64,000 bases of DNA, taken from an uncultured Thermoanaerobaculia bacterium (lineage in GTDB: Bacteria; Acidobacteriota; Thermoanaerobaculia; Multivoradales; Multivoraceae). A program made the position numbers and the translations under genes. Under the pieces are notes generated by a model that was not told the DNA's origin, did not search any database, and was given only the letters and a program-made list of their open reading frames with translations. Shown piece after piece: positions 19,543 to 28,863 of this stretch. Position 1 is the stretch's first letter. Every line of letters starts with the position of its first letter. Location of the stretch: positions 3,198,859 to 3,262,858 of the forward strand of contig OX638294.1 in NCBI GenBank assembly GCA_951812325.1. Direction: 5' to 3'.

Positions 19543-20703
19543 TCATCGGGCGAGTTGGTGAAACCGTCCCGGCTGCATCGCGGCGGGGACCGGCACGGTT
19601 GAGACCACGGGTCGGCCGAGGACCATCGGGGCGATCATTCTGGCGGTCAGCGGGGCCAGCAGGATGCCGTTGCGGAAGTGCCCGGCGGCGATGTAGAGGC
19701 GGTCGGTCAGAGCGCCGACGAGAGGCCATCCGTCGGGTGTTCCCGGGCGAAGTCCGGCCCAGTGTTCGACCGGGCGGCGGTCGCGCAGCGGGGGCAGCAG
19801 GTCGGCGGCCTCGCTGGCCAGGCCGTTGCCGACCTCGTCGCTCAGGCTGAGGTCGAAGCCGGTGTGCTCGACCGAAGCGCCGATCAGCAGGCGACCGCCG
19901 GCACGGCGGACGGCATAGAAGGACGGAGTTCGGATGGCGCCGGAGAAGGGCCAGTCGACCCGGTCGAAGCCGATCATCTGGCCCTTGACGGGACAAATCG
20001 GCAGGGTGGGCAGCCCGTGGATCGCCGGTGTCCAGGCGCCGCCGCAGACGACGACGGCGTCCGCGGCGACCGCGAAGCCGGCCCCCGTGACCAAGACGCC
20101 GCCGGTCTCCTCGACCACGCTGTCGATCGTGGCCCGGTGGAGAATCACGCCCCGCCGGTGCAGGGCCGCCGCGGCCGCCGCGGCGGCGAGCCGGTTGTCG
20201 ACGCGGTGTTCCCCCGGCAGCGCCAGCGCCGTCTCGATCCCCGGACGAAGGTCCGGCACCAACCGGAGCAGTTCGGCGCGGTCGAGCTCGGCGGTCGGTT
20301 CGCCGAGGTCTTCGGCCTGTTCCCGGATACCGGCCAGCACCTTGCGGCCGGTCTCGTCGAGAACCGGCAGGATGGCGCCCGTGCTGTCGTAGTCGATCGA
20401 GGTTTCGCTCTCCTGCTCGAGGGCCGGCGCCAGCTCGGTCCAGAGATCGCGCGAGACGAGGGCCATCTTCGCGAAGGCGACATCGGCGCTGCTCTCCGCA
20501 ATCGGCGCGATCATCCCCGCCGCGTTGGGCGAGGCGGCGCCGGCGCGGCGGTCGTCGACGACCTCGACCCGGGCGCCGGCGTGGCTCAGCTCACGGGCGA
20601 TCAACAGGCCGATCAAGCCGCCGCCGACGACCAGGACGTCAGGCCGCGGCCCGCCAACAGCCTGCGCGGCAGAGACCGGGTGCGCCCGCCTCCTGGCCGG
20701 CAT
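19543..20703 (-). CDS. thiO: Glycine oxidase ThiO / DAO-family FAD oxidoreductase
   Basis: VVGGGLIG, ASPNAAGMIAP, PVKGQ, WAGLRPGTPDGWP, GHFRNGILLAP. Confidence 0.85.
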   Translation of the reverse strand: MPARRRAHPVSAAQAVGGPRPDVLVVGGGLIGLLIARELSHAGARVEVVDDRRAGAASPNAAGMIAPIAESSADVAFAKMALVSRDLWTELAPALEQESETSIDYDSTGAILPVLDETGRKVLAGIREQAEDLGEPTAELDRAELLRLVPDLRPGIETALALPGEHRVDNRLAAAAAAAALHRRGVILHRATIDSVVEETGGVLVTGAGFAVAADAVVVCGGAWTPAIHGLPTLPICPVKGQMIGFDRVDWPFSGAIRTPSFYAVRRAGGRLLIGASVEHTGFDLSLSDEVGNGLASEAADLLPPLRDRRPVEHWAGLRPGTPDGWPLVGALTDRLYIAAGHFRNGILLAPLTARMIAPMVLGRPVVSTVPVPAAMQPGRFHQLAR

Positions 20704-23096
20704 CAGTTGTCCGCCAGGGCCTCGGCCTGCAGGCGCGCCCGCGGGCCGACCTTCGGGCCGGCGTCCGACCCCAGCCGTCCGCGCTCCGCGGTGGCGAGGG
20801 CGTCGAATACGGCTCGAGCGCGAGCCCGGTACGCGTCCTGGCCCTCGTCGCCGAGCATCTGCAATGCGAGGCCCACCGTGTACTGGACCGTCTCCCGGCC
20901 CAGACCCGCGCGGCCGGGAGCGTCGATCGTGCGCAGGCTGCGGATTGCCGCGCGGGCGTCGCCGCCTGCCAGCAGCAGGTTCGCGAGATCGAATTCGAGC
21001 AGCCAGCGCGGGATGTCGCCGGTTCGCTCCAACTCCTGGAGCAGCCGCGCGGCGGCGGCAGAGGGCAGCAGGTCGGGACTCCTGACGTCGAGCTGGGTCC
21101 AGCCCCACTCCGGCTCGACGGTCAGGACCCGGACGGTGTCCCGATCCTGGATCTCGAGTTCGACCACGTCGCCGGGCCGCAGGTCCTCGAGAACCGAGGT
21201 CAACTGCAGGGTCGAGTATGCGGCCGTTCCGTTGATGGCCAGAACTCCCATCCCGGGCCTGAGTCCCGCTTCCTGCGCGGGTCCGCGGGGCTCTACGGTG
21301 GCCACGATGGGCGCATCCGCACTCAGCGAGTCGATCAGGACGGCGCCGAACCGCGGCGCTTGAAGGCCCAGATCCGGATCGAGCCCGCCGGCGAGGCTGA
21401 CGAGCGCTTTGCCGTCGAGACGGCCGTCGTCGATCCGCACGGTCCGCACGTCCGGCCGGGCCGGGCCGGGAGCGGCCGGCCACCACCACAGGTCGACCGC
21501 ATCGGCTACCAGATCGTCGTTCAGGACGGCGACGAAGTAGAGCGCCGCCGGCAGCCCGGCCTGAATGTGCTCCTGAACCGCGGGCCAGTCGAGCTCCCGG
21601 CGGGCGGCTGCCCTTTCTCGCAGCACCTCCGCATCGACTCCCAGGCCGGCGAGCGCGGCGACACCTTCCGTGGCGCGTCCGAGCACGCTGTAGGCGCTGG
21701 CGCCGCGAAACGATTCGAGCGCCGCGTCCAACGCCCGAGCGCCGGCGGGATCGTCGCCCAGCACGCCGAGGTAGACCAGCGCGGGGCGGAGTTCGATCTC
21801 GATGTCCAGCCGTCGCCGGTCTTCGGCGATCACGGAGGTTTCGAAGTAGCCCAGGGCGCCGTGGGTTACCGAGATGTCGTAGGCGCCGGGAGGCAGGCGT
21901 ACCTGCGGCGGTGACTTCGAGCGGTCGGGACGCAGGATCCGGCCGTTGCCAAGAACGGCCGCGCTTTCCGGCAGGCCGGCGAGACCGATGACCGCTTCCT
22001 CACGCTCGAGAACGATCGGCGGCAGCTCGTAGTCGCGGAGGTCGGGCAGTTGCAGGCGCGTCACGAAGCTCCGGAAGCCATCCTTCTCGATCGTGATCCG
22101 GTAGCGGCCGGGGGCCAGATCCTCGACCCGGAGTTCCTCCGAGAAGTCCTCGGGCGGATGATCCGAGGCTGGCCCGTCCGGTCGGAACCAGGGTTCTGCC
22201 TGGCCGGCCGTTCGTCCGCGTTCGATGCCGTCGACCAGGACCGCGGCGCCGGTCGGCGCGGTACGCAGGAGGACAACGGCGCTGTCACGCTCCAATTCGA
22301 CTTCGACCTCGAGGTCGCGCCCGCCGATGACCGTGAACGCTGCGGTAGCAGGCAGAAAGCCCGGACGCGAAATGAAGGCCAGGTAGTCGCCGACCAGCAT
22401 GGGACTGGGCTCGGGCGGTTCGAACGGTTCCGGTCCCGGTTCCGCGTCCATTCCCGTCTCGGGGTCGGCCGCCGCGTCGGCGTCGCCTCCGTCACCCGGC
22501 TCCCCGCGTTCCTCGCGCGGAGGCGTCTCAGGCGGCGCGGCGTTGCCGAACTCCGCGTCCCCGACCAGAATGCGCGCGTCCCGCGGCAGGACGAAGAAGG
22601 AGACGCGGCCCAGGAGCTCTTCCTTTCGGCGCTCCAGGCGATCGGTCAACTGCCTGCCGGCCGTTTCCGCGTCCAGCTCGAAGCGGGGATCGAGGCGGAC
22701 GATCCGGTCGAGGGAGGCGTCGGCGGCGTCCCGATCGCCGAGCGTCCACCGGGCGGCGGCCAGATAGAGCCAGGCGGTGCGCAGGGTCTCGAACAGGCGT
22801 GGGTCGTTCGCGGCCAGGTCCCGCGCGTTGCCGGCAGCGACAGCGAGCGGCTCCAGCGTGTCGACCACGCTCTGCAGGATGGGAATTGCCCCCTCGGAGT
22901 CGCCTTCCGCGTAGAGGTCGCCGGCCTCGGCCAGTGCGGCCGTCGCCTGTGGCGGCAGCCGGCTCGAACGCTCGATCTCCAGATCGCTGCGGCCGATTTC
23001 CTGGACACCCGGGCGCTGTGCGGCCAGGGGGCCGGAGAGCGCGACGACCAGGGTCAGGATGGGCCCGAGCATCTCGAACCGGCGGCGTGCGCTCAT
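20703..23096 (-). CDS. Secreted TPR-like + PEGA + PDZ domain protein
   Basis: Signal peptide, helical repeats, PEGA-like segments (RTAPTGAAVLVDGIERGRT; PGRYRITIEKDGF), PDZ (GPAQEAGLRPGMGVLAING). Confidence 0.7.
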   Translation of the reverse strand: MSARRRFEMLGPILTLVVALSGPLAAQRPGVQEIGRSDLEIERSSRLPPQATAALAEAGDLYAEGDSEGAIPILQSVVDTLEPLAVAAGNARDLAANDPRLFETLRTAWLYLAAARWTLGDRDAADASLDRIVRLDPRFELDAETAGRQLTDRLERRKEELLGRVSFFVLPRDARILVGDAEFGNAAPPETPPREERGEPGDGGDADAAADPETGMDAEPGPEPFEPPEPSPMLVGDYLAFISRPGFLPATAAFTVIGGRDLEVEVELERDSAVVLLRTAPTGAAVLVDGIERGRTAGQAEPWFRPDGPASDHPPEDFSEELRVEDLAPGRYRITIEKDGFRSFVTRLQLPDLRDYELPPIVLEREEAVIGLAGLPESAAVLGNGRILRPDRSKSPPQVRLPPGAYDISVTHGALGYFETSVIAEDRRRLDIEIELRPALVYLGVLGDDPAGARALDAALESFRGASAYSVLGRATEGVAALAGLGVDAEVLRERAAARRELDWPAVQEHIQAGLPAALYFVAVLNDDLVADAVDLWWWPAAPGPARPDVRTVRIDDGRLDGKALVSLAGGLDPDLGLQAPRFGAVLIDSLSADAPIVATVEPRGPAQEAGLRPGMGVLAINGTAAYSTLQLTSVLEDLRPGDVVELEIQDRDTVRVLTVEPEWGWTQLDVRSPDLLPSAAAARLLQELERTGDIPRWLLEFDLANLLLAGGDARAAIRSLRTIDAPGRAGLGRETVQYTVGLALQMLGDEGQDAYRARARAVFDALATAERGRLGSDAGPKVGPRARLQAEALADN

Positions 23097-23177
23097 CGCT
23101 ACTGCCCCGAACGACGGTCGCGGTCGTCAACTGCCCCGACGAGGGCCTTGAACAGGCGGCGTGCGCTCATCGCTACT
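23081..23177. repeat. Direct repeat of the stop/start junction (23 bp identical, period 74)
   Basis: ggcggcgtgcgctcatcgctact at 23081-23103 and 23155-23177; creates a 23-aa mini-ORF at 23099-23170 on the minus strand. Confidence 0.85.
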
Positions 23178-24519
23178 CCACGACCAGGACGGTGCCGAGC
23201 CTGCTGTCGGCGATGAAGATGCGCCCCCGGGCATCGACCGCGATGTCCTCCGGGGCCCGAAGCTCCTGGGCGCCCGGGAGGGTGGGTCCGATCGTGGCGA
23301 CGGGAGCGGCCGCCGGGTCGTAGACGAGGACCTGCAGCGCTCCCGTGTCGAGCACGTACCGGTTGCCCAACGGGTCGACGTCGATCGCCGTGGGCCGTTT
23401 CCATTCGGCGCGGAACGACTCCTCCAACCTGCCGTCAGCGGCGAAGCGGAGCACCGATGGAGCCTGTGAGCGGGAACCCGCGTCCAGGACGTGGATGGCG
23501 CCGTTCTCGCCGAGGGCCAGGTCGATGGGCCGGGTCATGGCGGCCGCCTTCAGGGTCTCGAGCAGGCGGCCGTTCGAATCGTAGCGGAGCACCTCGGCCG
23601 CGCGGCGCGACAGAACGGTCCAGTTGCCGAAGTCGTCCCGGGCGGCGGCGACGATCCGGTCGAGGGCGCCGCCCTGAGGGCGGGCGAACGACAGGCTCGT
23701 CGGCGCCTGGAAGTCCGTCACTCCATCGGCCGTGATCACCGCCAGCGGGCCTCGGGATGTCTGGCCCGGCTTGACGATCCCGCGCAGGTCGCGGGCCGCG
23801 GACGGCATCCCTGCGGCGTCGAGAATCGCCGCGCGATTCGGCTCGGTGACCAGGAGTTCACCGTCCGGTCCGGCGGCGACACCGCGGGGCCTCTCGATTC
23901 CCACCCGTTCTGGCAGGTAGGGCCGGGAACGGCGCCAGGGTTCCCCGCCGGCCAGTGGCCGCAGGATCATGCGCTCGATCAGGGTCGTCCGTTCGAGCGC
24001 CGCATCGGCAAGGTCGGCAACCGACGCCTCGCCTGCGGCGGCGCGGCGGAGCCAGCCTTCCCGCGCCAGCCGCAGATGGTTGGCTGCCTGCTGCCAGTCG
24101 CCCCGCGCGAGGAGCAGTTCGCCGAGTTCGAAGTGGGCCCTGGGAGTCCACTCGCTCTCGGCCTCGCGCTCCAGTACGCGCAACAGCTCGCCTCCGGCTG
24201 CTGCGGCGTCGCCGGTCCGCCGGCCCAGCGCGGCTGCCTCGACCAGGGCGCGGGCGCGAACCGCCGACCGGGGGTGTCGGCTCCGGGGAAAGCGCTGGCT
24301 GATCGCCAGCAACTGCCCGCGGGCGTCCCTGAGGTCGCCGGTGCTGCGCGCCGAGGCCGCGATGGCGAGTGCCGCATCCACGGCCGCGGCCGCCTCCCGC
24401 CGGGTCTCGTCCCGCCGGGTCTCGTCCTGCCGGGTCTCGTCCTGCCGGGCCGGCAGAGCCGCGGCGACGAGGACTGCGACCAGGCACAGGCCAAGGCGGG
24501 GACACGGGCTGCGGATCAT
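23173..24519 (-). CDS. Secreted TPR + NHL-repeat beta-propeller protein
   Basis: Signal peptide from ATG 24519, TPR-like helices, NHL repeats (RPRGVAAGPDG, RPIDLALG, RPTAIDVDPLGN, APEDIAVDARGRIFIAD). Confidence 0.75.
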   Translation of the reverse strand: MIRSPCPRLGLCLVAVLVAAALPARQDETRQDETRRDETRREAAAAVDAALAIAASARSTGDLRDARGQLLAISQRFPRSRHPRSAVRARALVEAAALGRRTGDAAAAGGELLRVLEREAESEWTPRAHFELGELLLARGDWQQAANHLRLAREGWLRRAAAGEASVADLADAALERTTLIERMILRPLAGGEPWRRSRPYLPERVGIERPRGVAAGPDGELLVTEPNRAAILDAAGMPSAARDLRGIVKPGQTSRGPLAVITADGVTDFQAPTSLSFARPQGGALDRIVAAARDDFGNWTVLSRRAAEVLRYDSNGRLLETLKAAAMTRPIDLALGENGAIHVLDAGSRSQAPSVLRFAADGRLEESFRAEWKRPTAIDVDPLGNRYVLDTGALQVLVYDPAAAPVATIGPTLPGAQELRAPEDIAVDARGRIFIADSRLGTVLVVE

Positions 24520-24780
24520 GCCGACCAACCCCCGGGCCTCCAGCAGCACACACCCTTCCAGATCACGACGGACGCGCCGTCTGTGGCAGAGGCGGGGCTG
24601 CATTCGCGCGGCCATGGCGCCCGTTGGCATCGTGCCGCCCTCCGTGCGCTCGATGACTCGCACGCGGAGATGGTTTCGCGTGTGGCGCGGGACGCGCCAC
24701 ACGGGTTGGTCTCCCGTCGCGCCCTGCTGGACGGGCGCCTGACCGCTCCCGGTGCGACACGGACTTTCGCCACCGGCTGC

Positions 24781-26601
24781 CTAGGCGTCGAGTTGCTCGC
24801 CGAGCTGCTCGTCGCTGATCCGTTGGGCGCTTGGCGAGTGGGGGGCGTGAGTCAGGATCTGGTTGGCGCGCATGATCGCCTTTGCCGCGTCGCCGAGATC
24901 CTGGTAGGTGAGCATCTCCTTGTAGAGCACGTCGGCGAGTCGGTTCAGCTGCTCTTCGACCTGGCCTGCGTATGGGCCGCCCGGGAAGCGCTCGAGGTAC
25001 TCCGAGCCGCTCGTGATGTCGTCGTAGTCGCCGACCAGTTTACCCAGCCGATCCTCGGCCCGCTGACCGAGCTCGGGGTCACGCTGCTGGAGCGCGAGGT
25101 GCTGGAGTGAGCCGAGACGGGTGAGCACCGGCGCCAGGTTGCGCAGGCCGCGCTGGGCAGCGGCCGCCGGAGTGTCTCCGTCCTCCTCGATGTCGCTGGC
25201 CGGCTCCGATTCCCATGCCTCGAGGAAGTGCTCCACCGCGTCCGTTTCGCGGCCGAGCCGGCTGTAGGAGATGCCCAGCAGCAGCGCCACCCTGGGTGTG
25301 CGCGGCGAGTCGGGATAGTTGGACAGGAAGGCTTCGAGGAAGGGGGTTTCGAACACCCCCCGGTCGAGGATCCTGATCGAGTGGCCGTAGAGCTCTTCGG
25401 ACTGGCGGCGCAGGTCGGCCAGCTCGTTGCCGAGGTCCGCCAGGAAGGGTGAGTCGGGGGTCAGGGAGCGGACGCTCTCCATCTGCCGGCGATAGGCGGC
25501 GATGATGCGGCCGTAGTCCCGGGACGTGCCCAACCGCTCGAGTTCGGCGTCTCGCAGCCCGTGCAGCTTCCGCAGCCGCAGGGATTCGGCGGCACGGCCG
25601 GAGGGCCAGGCGTGAAGCGCCAACTCGTTCAGCAGTTCGAGCTCGGGCGGCGTGGCCAGGCGTCCCTGCGGGCGGCCGGGAGGCCGTTCCTCCGCTTCGC
25701 GTTCTCCGAACCCGAGCAGCACCGCCTGCGTCTCGCTGCGGTACGCATCGACCTGCTCGGCGGGTTCCGGCTCCAGCGTCGCCAGGTAGCGACCACGGGC
25801 CTCGGCGGCGTGAACGCGAGAATCGAAGAACGGGTGGGTCTGCCAGTAGCCGTAGGCCTTCGATTGCGAGATGCGCTCGCCCATCCTGGCCATCAGCGCG
25901 CTGAGCGCCGTCGGGTCGTAGCCGGCTGCCGCCGCGAGGCGCTGCCCCTCCTCGTCGCTCTCGTCCTCGTGCTCGCGCGAGTAGCTGCGCATGACGAGTT
26001 CGGTGATCGCCATGCCGCCGAGCAGGGCGGCCTGAGCGGCTGCCTCGGTCGAACTCTGATCGCGGGTGTAGCCGTAGGGAGTGAGGTAGCCGTCGCGCCG
26101 GTCGCCGGCGCTGGCCGCGATCAGGCCGACGGACAGCAGGGCGCTGACCGCGTTCAGCTTCATCGCGCGCTTCTTCTGCTTCAGGAAGTGCTCCGAGGTG
26201 ACGTGAGCGATCTCGTGGCCGAGCAGCGCGGCGAGCATGTCGTCCGAGAGGTCGAGGTCGAGGATGCCTCTGGTGACGAAGATCTGGCCGGCCGGCAGCG
26301 CGAAGGCGTTGGGGATCGGCGTGTCGACGACGGCGAAGGTGAAGGGGTAGCGGTCGAAGTCTGCGTGGTGGGCGAGCTGATAGCCGATCCGGTTGACGCG
26401 CTCCTGAGCCTCGGCGTCGTCGAGCAGGCCGTACTGCCGTACCGCCTGAGCGGCCGCGGCCAGGCTCTTCCGGAACAGGCCCGGATTCGAGATCTCGACG
26501 CCGGGCGCGGCGGCGGCGCCGGCGAGATTCCATGCCAGGACGACAGCGGTTGCGGAGCGCGCGGACACCCTGCGGCGGTTGGGACGGTGGGCCGGGATCA
26601 T
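24781..26601 (-). CDS. M48 family metalloprotease with C-terminal TPR-like region
   Basis: PNAFALPAGQIFVTRG, LGHEIAHV, YSREHEDESD, QTHP. Confidence 0.88.
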   Translation of the reverse strand: MIPAHRPNRRRVSARSATAVVLAWNLAGAAAAPGVEISNPGLFRKSLAAAAQAVRQYGLLDDAEAQERVNRIGYQLAHHADFDRYPFTFAVVDTPIPNAFALPAGQIFVTRGILDLDLSDDMLAALLGHEIAHVTSEHFLKQKKRAMKLNAVSALLSVGLIAASAGDRRDGYLTPYGYTRDQSSTEAAAQAALLGGMAITELVMRSYSREHEDESDEEGQRLAAAAGYDPTALSALMARMGERISQSKAYGYWQTHPFFDSRVHAAEARGRYLATLEPEPAEQVDAYRSETQAVLLGFGEREAEERPPGRPQGRLATPPELELLNELALHAWPSGRAAESLRLRKLHGLRDAELERLGTSRDYGRIIAAYRRQMESVRSLTPDSPFLADLGNELADLRRQSEELYGHSIRILDRGVFETPFLEAFLSNYPDSPRTPRVALLLGISYSRLGRETDAVEHFLEAWESEPASDIEEDGDTPAAAAQRGLRNLAPVLTRLGSLQHLALQQRDPELGQRAEDRLGKLVGDYDDITSGSEYLERFPGGPYAGQVEEQLNRLADVLYKEMLTYQDLGDAAKAIMRANQILTHAPHSPSAQRISDEQLGEQLDA

Positions 26602-26656
26602 GAGTGGGGCAACGGTGGCTTGCTCTCGGGAGATTCCAGCTTCATAGGATAGCGCC

Positions 26657-27376
26657 GTGGCGGCCCCGGAGTTGCTGGAGGCGTTGGCAACGGCGGCGCG
26701 GAGCGGCCGGGGCCATGAGCCCTGGGTGTTCTACCCGCAGGATGGCCGCTGGCGTTGGTGGTCGTTCAGGCGGGGCTGGATGGAGGTCGAGCGCTGGCGG
26801 GCGGCGTTCGCTCGTGGCGGCGGAGCGTCCATCGACCAGGCCCCGGCGCCGCAGACCTCTCCGCAGGCGCTCTGTTGTCACCTCGCGGCAGCCCGCGCGG
26901 AGGCAACCGGCGTGGAATCGGCGGCTTCGACCGCGTTCGACGGGCTGCTGGCGCCGCGGCGGCTGGCGCGGGAGATCGTCGTCGTCACGCCTCCCGCGGC
27001 GGCGTCGCCGAGCGAGGTGGACCGTCTGGCGGAGCCGTGGCTGCACTGGTGCTGCCTGAACCTGGCCGTCCTGGTACTCGAACCGAGCCGCGGCGCCCTG
27101 GTCGGTTCGGTCTTGTGGTGCCGGCCGACGGTGCTCCTTGCCGGTCTCGAGCAGGAGCGCGCGCTCGCCGCAGCGGTGCGGGAACGCAGCCGGGACCGCG
27201 TTCGCCGGGCCGCGGCCCTGGTCGACCGGCTCCGTGTTCTCCTCGTCGCGGCCGACGACCGCGGCGCCGTTGGCGAAGCCCCGGCGCCGGCCGGCTTCTG
27301 GCGTTCCCGGGGCGTGCAGCGGCGCCTGGTGTACCGGGAAGACGTCGATCCCTCCACCCGCGTGCCCGAGGTGTAG
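26657..27376 (+). CDS. Hypothetical protein
   Basis: GTG preceded by TAGGAT; fills the gap between genes; no family confidently recognised. Confidence 0.5.
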   Translation: MAAPELLEALATAARSGRGHEPWVFYPQDGRWRWWSFRRGWMEVERWRAAFARGGGASIDQAPAPQTSPQALCCHLAAARAEATGVESAASTAFDGLLAPRRLAREIVVVTPPAAASPSEVDRLAEPWLHWCCLNLAVLVLEPSRGALVGSVLWCRPTVLLAGLEQERALAAAVRERSRDRVRRAAALVDRLRVLLVAADDRGAVGEAPAPAGFWRSRGVQRRLVYREDVDPSTRVPEV

Positions 27377-27519
27377 CTGCCCGGCGCCCGCAGGCGTGCA
27401 CCGCGCCGGTCGCAGCGCCCGCCCGCCCGAGTCGGGTCGTTGATACAGTGCCGACTGATGAACATTGCGGGCCGGTGCGTTGCGGATGCGACTCCGGCCC
27501 TGCGCCAGGGAGGCTCAGG

Positions 27520-28674
27520 ATGAGGTTCCGGAGACGGCAGGGGGCTACGGTCATCCGGCGCCGGCCGCTGTTGGCTCTGCGCGCCCTTCCGGAGTTCGCC
27601 CGTGGTCTCGGACGGCAAGCTGCGGCCGTCCGGTACTGGCCGCTGTGGGCGCTGCTCCTGGCGGCGGCGGCTGGTCCCGCGCCGGCCGGGGCGGCGGACT
27701 TCACGATCAAGATGGCGACGCTGTCGCCCGACGGGTCGCCCTGGGACGGATTCTTCGAAACGATGGGCCGGGACTGGGAGAAGGGAACCGATGGCCGGGT
27801 CAGCTTGACCATCTATCCCGGCGGCGTGGCGGGGGACGAGCCGGACATCCTGCGCAAGATGAAGATCGGCCAGTACCACGCGGCCGCTCTCTCGGTCAGC
27901 GGTCTGGCCGACATCTCCAGGGACTTCACCGTCTTCGAGATACCTCTCTTCTTCCGCTCCGAGCGCGAGATGTTCCATGTGCTGCGGGAACTGACACCCG
28001 GCTTGCGGACGACGCTCGACGAGAAGGGCTTCGTGCTCCTGGGCTGGGGCTACGTTGGCCAGGTCCACTTCTTCACGAATGAACGGGCGCGCACCGTCGA
28101 GGAGATGCAGGAGCTCAGGATCTTCACCTGGGCCGGCGACCAGGCGATGACGAACTGGTGGCGCCAGGGCGGTTTCAAGCCGGTCGCGCTGGCCGCCACG
28201 GATATCGTGACCGGCCTGCAGACCGGCATGATCGATGCCCTCGCGGTGCCGCCGATCTACGCCATGTCGGTCCAGTTCTTCAAGCAGGCGAAGTACTTCG
28301 CCGACATTCCGCTGATCCCCATGATGGGCGCCATCGTGGTCACGAAGCGGGCCTGGAACCGGGTCTCGGAAGCGGATCGGGGGGTGCTGGTCGATGGCGG
28401 TCAGCGGGCCGAGAACCGGATCTTCGAGACGATTCCCGACATCGAGCAGGCGACGATCAAGCTGATGGGCGGCCAGGGCCTCGAAGTCGTCCCGATCGTG
28501 GGCACCGAGGTCGAGGACGACTGGAAACGCATCGCCAACAGCTTTGCCGACGACATGCGGGGCAAGGTCGTGCCGGCGGCGATCTTCGACCGGGCGACGG
28601 CGGTACGGGACGCGTACCGGCAGCGTCAGGAGGCCGAAGCGGCCGCGTCTGCCGCTGCCGACGGCAGCCGTTAA
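27520..28674 (+). CDS. dctP: TRAP transporter substrate-binding protein
   Basis: GGAGG before ATG 27520; signal peptide then IKMATLSPDGSPW, IYPGGVAGDE, GLQTGMID. Confidence 0.85.
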   Translation: MRFRRRQGATVIRRRPLLALRALPEFARGLGRQAAAVRYWPLWALLLAAAAGPAPAGAADFTIKMATLSPDGSPWDGFFETMGRDWEKGTDGRVSLTIYPGGVAGDEPDILRKMKIGQYHAAALSVSGLADISRDFTVFEIPLFFRSEREMFHVLRELTPGLRTTLDEKGFVLLGWGYVGQVHFFTNERARTVEEMQELRIFTWAGDQAMTNWWRQGGFKPVALAATDIVTGLQTGMIDALAVPPIYAMSVQFFKQAKYFADIPLIPMMGAIVVTKRAWNRVSEADRGVLVDGGQRAENRIFETIPDIEQATIKLMGGQGLEVVPIVGTEVEDDWKRIANSFADDMRGKVVPAAIFDRATAVRDAYRQRQEAEAAASAAADGSR

Positions 28675-28863
28675 CGCCGCCAGACCTAAGGGGCCCCACA
28701 CGCCATGTTCGGCTCCAGCCCCCACTTCGCCAGGACCCTTCACCGCGCCGCCTGCTGCGCTGTTGTTTCTGCGGTTCAAGCGCCCGCCGCCCCGGCGAAG
28801 ACGGCAACGTGAAGGCGCGGGCACTCTGCCCGCATTCGGTGCGCAGCGCCGTCGGGTGTTCGC

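Noticed and set aside
28675-28863. Possible RNA element between dctP and dctQM
   Set aside because: No convincing stem, no second copy in the window and no recognisable family motif
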